Below are positions 24,870 through 31,196 of a stretch of 31,196 nucleotides of DNA, piece by piece (within the stretch, counting starts at the first letter, position 1; every line of letters begins with the position of its first letter). The position numbers were made by a program, and so were the translations under genes. This DNA comes from a virus (lineage: Duplodnaviria; Caudoviricetes). The DNA lies in the IMG/VR virus record IMGVR_UViG_3300020042_006035, positions 1 to 31,196 of that record; one strand, written 5' to 3'. The notes under the pieces are model-generated. The model was not told the DNA's origin. It saw only the letters and a program-made list of their open reading frames with translations, and ran no database searches.

Positions 24870-25654
24870 CTTGATAAAGTTGTGTTAAACGTGTTTACTG
24901 CTGTTCTATAATTTGACACCTCTGTGTCTGTTAATCCATCTCCAATTGATGCAAAAGCTGTTTGTTTACTTGAAAATAATTGAGCTGTACCCCCCGCATT
25001 TCTTGCTCCTAAAAACATATTATAAGTATCTAATACTGAATTATCAGAAGTTGAAACACTTGACTCACTAACCCCATTTAAATAAACTTCCCTGTCTGTA
25101 TCACTTCTTTTTGTACCAACCCAAAAACCGACACCCGACGAAGTAGTTGTAAAACTAACCGCTGAAAGAACTTGACCGCTAATATAATTTCCTGCTGCCC
25201 TTAATTGTGCAATTATTGTTGATGGTAAATTATTGTACGACCCTATCTCGACCTCTACATTTGCGTTTGTACTTCTTGAATAATAAGCAAGGTGATTGTT
25301 TGTTTGTAATAAATTAGCTCCGAGTTTAGTATCAGCATAAGCATCTGTTCCATTTGGCAAAGCTCCTGTGCTTGAATGAGTCCAACCATTTACAAACACT
25401 AATCTGTAAGCAGCATCTAAATCTCTTGGGTCTTTTAAGTTCCATTTATGAGTTGATGCAGAACCACCTACAAATGGATAGATAGCTTTCATTTTAGTCC
25501 AAATGTCGTAAGTTTTTAAATCAGTTACAAGGGTATTAATCGCTGTTTGTTGTGTAAAATCTGAAATGCTTGCGGCTGTAAAGAATGCTTGTGCATCCGA
25601 GTCAAACGAAACACCACCACTACTACTTACTATCCCGTAATTTGCTAATATCAT
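24866..25654 (-). CDS. Putative virion decoration/fibre protein with ConA/LamG-like beta-sandwich
   Basis: 'DSDAQAFFTAA', 'MKAIYPFVGG', 'VYLNG', 'FASIGDGLT..EV'. Confidence 0.5.
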   Translation of the reverse strand: MILANYGIVSSSGGVSFDSDAQAFFTAASISDFTQQTAINTLVTDLKTYDIWTKMKAIYPFVGGSASTHKWNLKDPRDLDAAYRLVFVNGWTHSSTGALPNGTDAYADTKLGANLLQTNNHLAYYSRSTNANVEVEIGSYNNLPSTIIAQLRAAGNYISGQVLSAVSFTTTSSGVGFWVGTKRSDTDREVYLNGVSESSVSTSDNSVLDTYNMFLGARNAGGTAQLFSSKQTAFASIGDGLTDTEVSNYRTAVNTFNTTLSR

Positions 25655-25718
25655 TTAAATAAATTTTAAGTTTAATTATATTTTCCTCTTTTGGTTTATA
25701 TTCTTTTTTCTTTTTCAT
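25623..25718 (-). CDS. Tiny basic protein (31 aa)
   Basis: MKKKKEYKPKEENIIKLKIYLNDISKLRDSK*; ATGA-coupled to the adaptor stop. Confidence 0.45.
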   Translation of the reverse strand: MKKKKEYKPKEENIIKLKIYLNDISKLRDSK

Positions 25719-26215
25719 AAATACCAATTAGTTAAATAGTTATTATGTTGTGGGTAAACGTCCCCGTTCTCATTGGTTGTATACTCAGGGAATAAACTAT
25801 TGTTCTTGCAAATATAGTCTAAAAACCTTTGTGAATACGATTCTGCAATACGTTTTTCTTTCTCGATTAAGTAGTCAACTTCCTCTTTCGATACAATTTC
25901 GCTATTCTCAGATTGATGCTTATAAATCCCTTTATTTGAAATTGTGTAAGCGCAAAAAGGCAAATATTCAACCATAGTAAAATGTATGAGCATCGGCTTT
26001 AAATACGACCGTACAAGGGTTATATAGTTACCTGCAAGTGTATTGTTGGTAATATCAGTTTTTATCTTATCCAATAGTTTACTACCCGTGTATTGTTGAA
26101 TCCAAATGTTTTGGGCTACAAGTACAAATTGAATCACTTTGTCAACGTCAGTGTTTGCGTTTAAAGAAGTGTATTCTTGTAAGTCTTTTTTCGATATTAA
26201 TAGTGCTTCTGCCAT
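25715..26215 (-). CDS. Head-tail adaptor protein
   Basis: Helical 166 aa directly after the portal; 'LNANTDVDK...AQ..IQ...G..L','FPEY'. Confidence 0.6.
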   Translation of the reverse strand: MAEALLISKKDLQEYTSLNANTDVDKVIQFVLVAQNIWIQQYTGSKLLDKIKTDITNNTLAGNYITLVRSYLKPMLIHFTMVEYLPFCAYTISNKGIYKHQSENSEIVSKEEVDYLIEKEKRIAESYSQRFLDYICKNNSLFPEYTTNENGDVYPQHNNYLTNWYL

Positions 26216-26224
26216 GTCTTAAAA

Positions 26225-27955
26225 TTATTTAGGTAAAAATCCCTTGTTAGGCATATCAATAGGTCTTGTATAAACTTTTTTATCATTCACGGGTACAATC
26301 TCACCAAGTTTGCGAGCAATTGAAGGTCTAAACTCTTTCATGTATTTTTGTGCAATTGGTGAATTAACATCAGATTTTCTTAAATAAGTTTCACGAACCC
26401 ATTTATGGTGGCAAGCTCCTCCGCCTTTATAAAAAAAGACATCGTATGTAGTCGCTCCACGCGGCCCTAAACCTCCAACTGTACCATCTGAACGTGTACG
26501 TGTTTGGTTTACAATCTCATTACTCATTCTAACAATGTCTTCCTTACGATAAACTTTGTTAGCTTGAATCATTTTCTTACAAAACAACCTTGAATCGTCC
26601 GAAGTATCACCTGTATATCTATAACGATGTTTGAAAAGTTTACCATCTTGAATACTGTTTGCATTTGGTCTTGCCGTACCTGTTTTAACAAGGTTTAAAA
26701 ACTTAGAAAGATTTGTAGGCTCGTTTAGTTTTTCAAGCTCTGCATCCAACTCATCCTCTAAATCATAATCAACATCTCTGCTATCAACTAATACCCATTC
26801 ATCTAAATCAACATCTTCACCATACTTCGCAACGTCCAACTCATCCTGTGCGCTCATTTTAAGCTCTTGTACAGGTTGTGGCTCATCCCCTTGTAAAGGA
26901 TTTAATGTTTTAAACTTTAGGTTAAGTGATACACCATTAAATGACAACACTTTTTTAAGCATTTCAACTATCATTTGTTGTTTTGGTTTAATCACCATGT
27001 TTTCAAACAACCACACCCCTGTTTTCATCTCATCTGCATTTGAACTAAACCCACTTGCTGAAGTCACACCGAATAACAATGGTGTAGTTACATTGTGGCT
27101 ACGTAATATCTTAGCTGTAGACTCATCTGATAAATAAGAATAATGGTCCGCAGCATCTTGCAATGGTATAGTGTCGACCGTTGTCTTTGTGTTTTCGTTA
27201 TCATTGAATGATATTACAACTTTCTTACCTTTTGAACCTGTTAACTTACCAATTACTTGCGCTGAAATCTCATCTTTTTGCTCATCCGTTGGAGTCCCAT
27301 TGTTAAAATTTACGATAGTCGTGGGAGCAAAAGAGTTACTAACCTCATTTATAAGGTATTCAGCTATTTTCTCTTCTAACAACGCGTAATCAATACCACC
27401 TTGATAATCTACATTTGAGAAGTATTTCATCCCGGCAGTGTAAGGCGCCAAATATAAAATCTCTACTTCTTTCTTAGACGTTCCAAACGCATCTAATCTT
27501 TTAGGCACATACTTCTTTGGATCCGTCCAATTGTCAGAATAGAAATATCCTACAATATCACCATCTTCATTACACTTTTCAGGTCTTAATAATTGTATAG
27601 GTGTATGAAAAGCCCTTGTAATTGCTTTATGTCCTTTATCGTAATGAATCTGTAATGCACACTGCCCAAGTGTGTACAAATCAAAGATTATACGTCTTAA
27701 ATCATCCTCTTTTAATATAGATAATAGTTGCGCCCATTCGTTTGGCTTCATTGCACTATCAGTAGCCGTCAATCCTTGACCGTAAATTAACCTACAAATG
27801 TTATTAATTACAGCGTTGTTCGTTGCTGAATTACTATAACGGTCAATTAAAAATTGATAGTAGTTATTATCTTCACCGTATTCCACCCACTCATTCTTGT
27901 TATTCTCAACAATTACGGGAGCAGTATAGGATGATAATTGTATAATATTATTCAT
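26225..27955 (-). CDS. Portal protein with C-terminal MuF-like extension
   Basis: 'WVEYGEDNNY', 'GSKGKK..ISFND', 'SHNVTTPLLFG..GFSSNADE'; C-terminal 'SRLFC..M...YRKEDI...YKGGGACHHKW'. Confidence 0.75.
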   Translation of the reverse strand: MNNIIQLSSYTAPVIVENNKNEWVEYGEDNNYYQFLIDRYSNSATNNAVINNICRLIYGQGLTATDSAMKPNEWAQLLSILKEDDLRRIIFDLYTLGQCALQIHYDKGHKAITRAFHTPIQLLRPEKCNEDGDIVGYFYSDNWTDPKKYVPKRLDAFGTSKKEVEILYLAPYTAGMKYFSNVDYQGGIDYALLEEKIAEYLINEVSNSFAPTTIVNFNNGTPTDEQKDEISAQVIGKLTGSKGKKVVISFNDNENTKTTVDTIPLQDAADHYSYLSDESTAKILRSHNVTTPLLFGVTSASGFSSNADEMKTGVWLFENMVIKPKQQMIVEMLKKVLSFNGVSLNLKFKTLNPLQGDEPQPVQELKMSAQDELDVAKYGEDVDLDEWVLVDSRDVDYDLEDELDAELEKLNEPTNLSKFLNLVKTGTARPNANSIQDGKLFKHRYRYTGDTSDDSRLFCKKMIQANKVYRKEDIVRMSNEIVNQTRTRSDGTVGGLGPRGATTYDVFFYKGGGACHHKWVRETYLRKSDVNSPIAQKYMKEFRPSIARKLGEIVPVNDKKVYTRPIDMPNKGFLPK

Positions 27956-28265
27956 ATATAATAAATTCGTTTGTTGTTACCGTTTGAGTAAAGTTAGAGC
28001 TTGGATTATTCGTGCAGAATATACGCCCGTAAAATCTAATATCGTTGGTTTTGCCTATCTTACAAACATACGTATGACCTTCTATTAATCCAAATGTAGC
28101 GGTCGCTGTATGGTAATAGTCACCTGTTGCGTATGTAGTGATGTTAATCGTTGTGGTGACGTTTGTCTGTTCGTCTGTTAAGAATATCTTATCTGAGTTT
28201 CCCGAGCCTTCACGTGGCACGAAGTAAACTATTTGAGGGCTTGTGGATGTCGTTAATACTATCAT
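27948..28265 (-). CDS. Small structural protein (Ig-like beta-rich)
   Basis: 105 aa, T-rich, first gene after late promoter copy 4. Confidence 0.55.
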   Translation of the reverse strand: MIVLTTSTSPQIVYFVPREGSGNSDKIFLTDEQTNVTTTINITTYATGDYYHTATATFGLIEGHTYVCKIGKTNDIRFYGRIFCTNNPSSNFTQTVTTNEFIIYE

Positions 28266-28273
28266 GTAATAGT

Positions 28274-28299
28274 ATAACTAAAAAAGAGTGTTTTTGTTG
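28274..28299 (-). promoter_or_regulatory. Putative late promoter CAACA-N16-GTTAT (copy 4)
   Basis: GCAACA AAAACACTCTTTTTTA GTTATA; 8 nt before the ATG at 28265; abuts the terminator U tract. Confidence 0.7.
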
Positions 28300-28300
28300 C

Positions 28301-28329
28301 AAAAAAAAGAGGGGTGTTTTAAGCCCCTC
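28301..28329 (-). terminator. Intrinsic terminator after the tail-tube genes
   Basis: GAGGGG...CCCCTC followed by T8. Confidence 0.8.
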
Positions 28330-28335
28330 CGTGCA

Positions 28336-28923
28336 TTAACTTGTTACAATTGTCGATGCTGCTGATAAAGGTATAGTCGAAGCCTGCCCAACTCTAAATG
28401 AATTAGTGCCATTAATAACAAATGGTGACGGTAATAGTTCTTCCGCAACGAAAGTTAAACTGTAACCATTAAAATCACCTAAGGCCCCACCATTATTTAT
28501 TGAACCTGCCGTTAAATCACAACCTCTCAAAAGCCCAACTAAGAAAAATTGTCCCTCGTTGTTTTCAACTAAAATACGTGGTTTTGCATACGCTAATAAT
28601 TTGACTTCTTTGTGCGTTGCAATATCTTGTTTTTTTAGTTTTATAGTCAATGTCTGACGGAAGAATGTAGTACCATTTTCACGTGAACTTACTATATCTT
28701 GGTCGTAAACATTTTCGTTAGATTTTAGTTCATACTTGTAAATAGAATTAACAAAATTCACATACCAAACGTCATTAGTATTTACAAAAGGCGGTGTACC
28801 TGAAGGGTCGTAAAATACAATGTTTCCTAATTGTAAATCTTGATTTATAAAGTAAACGTTTTTAAGCCCTGCAAGGCTATCCTTACAAGGCTCTGAACGT
28901 CCAAGGGTTATTAAACAAGCCAC
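28336..28923 (-). CDS. Putative major tail tube protein, paralog 2 (GTG start)
   Basis: Start re-called at GTG 28923 (MACLITLGRSEPCKDSLAGLK) by alignment with paralog 1. Confidence 0.6.
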   Translation of the reverse strand: MACLITLGRSEPCKDSLAGLKNVYFINQDLQLGNIVFYDPSGTPPFVNTNDVWYVNFVNSIYKYELKSNENVYDQDIVSSRENGTTFFRQTLTIKLKKQDIATHKEVKLLAYAKPRILVENNEGQFFLVGLLRGCDLTAGSINNGGALGDFNGYSLTFVAEELLPSPFVINGTNSFRVGQASTIPLSAASTIVTS

Positions 28924-28925
28924 GA

Positions 28926-29468
28926 CTAAGCAGTTGTTACTGTTGCACCTGTGAAACAATCAGAAACAATTGTTGTTGAACTTGTAATGTCTGTGAATGG
29001 TGCAGGTAAAGCCTCTTCCGCAACAAAAGTTAAAGAGTAACCATTAAAATCGCCTAAAGCACCACCATTGTTTATACTTCCAGCAGTTAAATCAGCACCT
29101 CTAAACAATCCCATAACAAAGAACTGACCGTTATTATTCTCTACTAACACGTGTGGTCTTGAGTAAGCTAATAACTTCACTTCTTTGTGCGTTGTAGCGT
29201 CTTGTTTTTTCAGTTTAATTGTTAACGTTTGACGGAAGAACGTTGTACCTGCTTCGCGACTCGATACTATTTCTTGGTCGAATACGTTTTCGTTTGATTT
29301 TAACTCGTACTTATACAAGTTATCAACGTTAATAACAGCTGTTATTAGGTCATTTGAAAATGTCACATCAGACGGTAGTATCTGATAATTAATAAAGTAT
29401 ACGGCTTTCAGTCCTCCGATTGCCTCTTTGCACGCCTCCGCGCGTCCTATTGATAAATTACAAGCCAT
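28926..29468 (-). CDS. Putative major tail tube protein, paralog 1
   Basis: 'MACNLSIGRAEACKEAIGGLK', 'SRE.GTTFF.QTL', 'GDFNGYSLTF..EE'; follows the capsid gene. Confidence 0.6.
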   Translation of the reverse strand: MACNLSIGRAEACKEAIGGLKAVYFINYQILPSDVTFSNDLITAVINVDNLYKYELKSNENVFDQEIVSSREAGTTFFRQTLTIKLKKQDATTHKEVKLLAYSRPHVLVENNNGQFFVMGLFRGADLTAGSINNGGALGDFNGYSLTFVAEEALPAPFTDITSSTTIVSDCFTGATVTTA

Positions 29469-29481
29469 AAAAATAAAGTTT

Positions 29482-29515
29482 AAAAAAAAAGGAGGGAAGT
29501 TAAACCCCCTCCCTT
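29482..29515 (-). terminator. Intrinsic terminator after the major capsid gene
   Basis: GGAGGGGG-TTTAA-CTTCCCTCC followed by T9. Confidence 0.8.
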
Positions 29516-29536
29516 AATTGGTTATTAATTAGTTAA

Positions 29537-30496
29537 TTAATTTGCTGCGTTTACGATGTTGTAAGTAACAATGTCTGATACAGAATGGTAATTTACAGCC
29601 ATTCCTGCACGTAATACAAATCTTACATTTTGTGACCCGTCTAAAGGACTCATGTCCAAAAGCGCGATTTCATTTGTGTCGTTTAATAAACCACAACCGA
29701 AAAACAAGTTTGAAGTTTCAGCAGCGATAGCAGTGTTAGCAGCCAATCCGTTAGCAACAAAAATCGGAATACCATCGAAAGTTAAAGCACCACCGTTGTA
29801 CCATTGTGTTCCCTTAGCATCTGTACCAGAGTTAGAAGTAGCAGCTACTGAGAAACCACCCAACGCTCTAATGTAAGCCTTCATAACACCTTGTGGCACG
29901 TAGATTTTTAAATCAGGTGAACCGTACAATGCAGCAGGAATTGCATCTACAATTTTTCCTAATTCAGTAATTACCGTAGCAGATGCAGAGATAGCAGAAG
30001 AACCTGCAACCTCATTCGCAGTTGGTAAAGCAGCGTCTAAAGATAATAATGTAGAAATACCGTCAATTTGCCCAGCAGTTGCGTTTGTACCTCTCCAAAT
30101 AGAAACCTCAACAGATGAAGCAACCTTATCAGTGATGTAAGCTAACAAGTAGTCAACAAATGATTTTGCCAAAACTTTATTAGCACTGAATCCCATTTCT
30201 TCAGCTTGCCATGTAGCCAAAAAGTCTTTTTTACACAATTGTAAATTAACTTGAAACTGCTCCAATGTCAAACTTCTTTCAGAAAGTGTTACAGTAGATG
30301 TAGCATCAAAATCACACGTTGCGTTCTTTAAAATGTCGTCCGTTCCAATTTTGAACATTGTAGTTTTGTAAGCAATGTTTGGTATGATAGTCATACCTCC
30401 ATTTGCCAAAGTGTTACCGCTTAATAAAGCAGCTTTTACCCATAATTTGGAATCTTGCCCAGCATATGAAGTTGAAATGTTGATTGTTGTAGCCAT
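29537..30496 (-). CDS. Major capsid protein
   Basis: 319 aa after the scaffold, followed by a terminator; 'TSYAG', 'CDF...L.ER.L...QVNLQLCK.DF', 'IW.G', 'NLFFG..L.ND..E...DM...DGS.NVR'. Confidence 0.85.
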   Translation of the reverse strand: MATTINISTSYAGQDSKLWVKAALLSGNTLANGGMTIIPNIAYKTTMFKIGTDDILKNATCDFDATSTVTLSERSLTLEQFQVNLQLCKKDFLATWQAEEMGFSANKVLAKSFVDYLLAYITDKVASSVEVSIWRGTNATAGQIDGISTLLSLDAALPTANEVAGSSAISASATVITELGKIVDAIPAALYGSPDLKIYVPQGVMKAYIRALGGFSVAATSNSGTDAKGTQWYNGGALTFDGIPIFVANGLAANTAIAAETSNLFFGCGLLNDTNEIALLDMSPLDGSQNVRFVLRAGMAVNYHSVSDIVTYNIVNAAN

Positions 30497-30507
30497 TTTT
30501 TATTTGT

Positions 30508-31065
30508 TTATTTGTTATTGTATACTTCTTCTAAAATCTTATCTCTTGTTGATTTACCTGTGTTTGTAGCTAAATCCATGTGCTCAATTGGTTTTGCGTT
30601 TTCAGGGTTGAATTGGATTGGTTTAGGCTCTGCCGTTAACTCTATTTCTTCTGTAGTCATTGCAGCTAATTTAGTTTCAAGCTCAGCAATCTTTGATTCC
30701 ATTTCAGCAAAGTGTTGTTCTGTAATTGACACCACTTTTTTAGGTTGTTTTACTTCAACTTCTGGAGTAACATCTGCTTCAACTGGTATCTCTTCCTCTT
30801 CTGATTCTGCAGGCATCTCTTCAATAGCTGCAATCATTCCTTTTTCTTCAACGATAAGTAAACGACCATCTTCAAGCTCGTACTTGCCAATCTCTAATGG
30901 TGCAGGTTCACCTTCAGGAACTACAATCATAACACTAGCACCAGCTTCAAATGAATCGGCTTCAATTACCGTGTTACCATCTACTAGCTTCATTTGCTCT
31001 AACTTCACCTCCATTCCTAAGAAGGTCTTGATAGTTTTTAACGCGTCTTTTATTTCTTTAGTCAT
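30508..31065 (-). CDS. Capsid scaffolding protein
   Basis: Very acidic, 'G.YELEDG.LL.V.E.G.IA.I', coiled-coil, 'KPIQFNPE'; directly upstream of the capsid gene. Confidence 0.7.
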   Translation of the reverse strand: MTKEIKDALKTIKTFLGMEVKLEQMKLVDGNTVIEADSFEAGASVMIVVPEGEPAPLEIGKYELEDGRLLIVEEKGMIAAIEEMPAESEEEEIPVEADVTPEVEVKQPKKVVSITEQHFAEMESKIAELETKLAAMTTEEIELTAEPKPIQFNPENAKPIEHMDLATNTGKSTRDKILEEVYNNK

Positions 31066-31079
31066 ATCTTTTTTCTTTA

Positions 31080-31105
31080 ATAACTTTATTAACCTCTTTC
31101 TGTTG
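31080..31105 (-). promoter_or_regulatory. Putative late promoter CAACA-N16-GTTAT (copy 5)
   Basis: ACAACA GAAAGAGGTTAATAAA GTTATT; 14 nt before the scaffold ATG. Confidence 0.7.
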
Positions 31106-31196
31106 TAATTTGCCTTACTTCAATAGTATGGTTTACATTACTAATTGTTTGTTGGTTAGTACTTCCAACACCTTGAGAGTTACCATCGCAACACTC
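31089..31196 (-). CDS. 3' end of a small Cys-containing protein (starts outside the window)
   Basis: ...ECCDGNSQGVGSTNQQTISNVNHTIEVRQITTERG*. Confidence 0.55.
   Translation of the reverse strand, partial: ECCDGNSQGVGSTNQQTISNVNHTIEVRQITTERG

Noticed and set aside
28923-28959. Frameshift or readthrough fusion of the two tail-tube genes
   Set aside because: The second frame is open across the first stop, but there is no X XXY YYZ slippery heptamer, and a GTG start aligns exactly with the paralog's N-terminus
30512-31108. 198-aa + strand ORF (and other + strand ORFs such as 779, 3225, 4376, 9448, 13620, 17272, 27171, 29652)
   Set aside because: Antisense shadows of well-supported minus-strand genes; S/I/F-rich composition; no promoters or motifs seen
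1-31196. Lysogeny module, tRNAs, DGR/retron, recoded genetic code
   Set aside because: No integrase, repressor pair, cloverleaf or reverse transcriptase seen; genes are intact under the standard code, with all three stops used. Parts of the genome may lie outside the window

Overview
Most or all of a small tailed-phage genome (siphovirus-like, AT-rich), with essentially every real gene on the minus strand. The host is probably a Bacteroidota (Flavobacteriia-like) bacterium, judging by TAnnTTTG sigma70-type promoters, A-rich leaders without Shine-Dalgarno sequences, a DUF3127 SSB and a signal peptide followed by Gln. In transcription order (high to low coordinate): scaffold, major capsid, two paralogous tail-tube genes, portal with a C-terminal extension, head-tail adaptor, virion proteins, holin, YkuD-like endolysin, terminator; an early cluster; a symmetric iteron region (likely ori); NUMOD4-HNH, P-loop helicase, SNF2 helicase, DNA MTase, VRR-NUC; ERF, exonuclease, SSB and many small genes; mini-kinase, DUF3310, MazG, ECF-type sigma; terS, terL, frameshifting tail chaperone, tail genes, tape measure, XkdF-like protease and fibre genes. 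No integrase, repressor, DNA polymerase, tRNA or CRISPR was seen. The best non-obvious signals are: a CAACA-N16-GTTAT promoter motif (5 exact copies and 1 variant, one inside the sigma gene itself); a kissing-loop leader RNA; the nested inverted iteron origin; a -1 frameshift with a long dual-coded overlap; a 120-aa minimal kinase-fold protein; and micro-repeats at gene junctions. All protein family calls come from motif recognition by eye, not from database searches.
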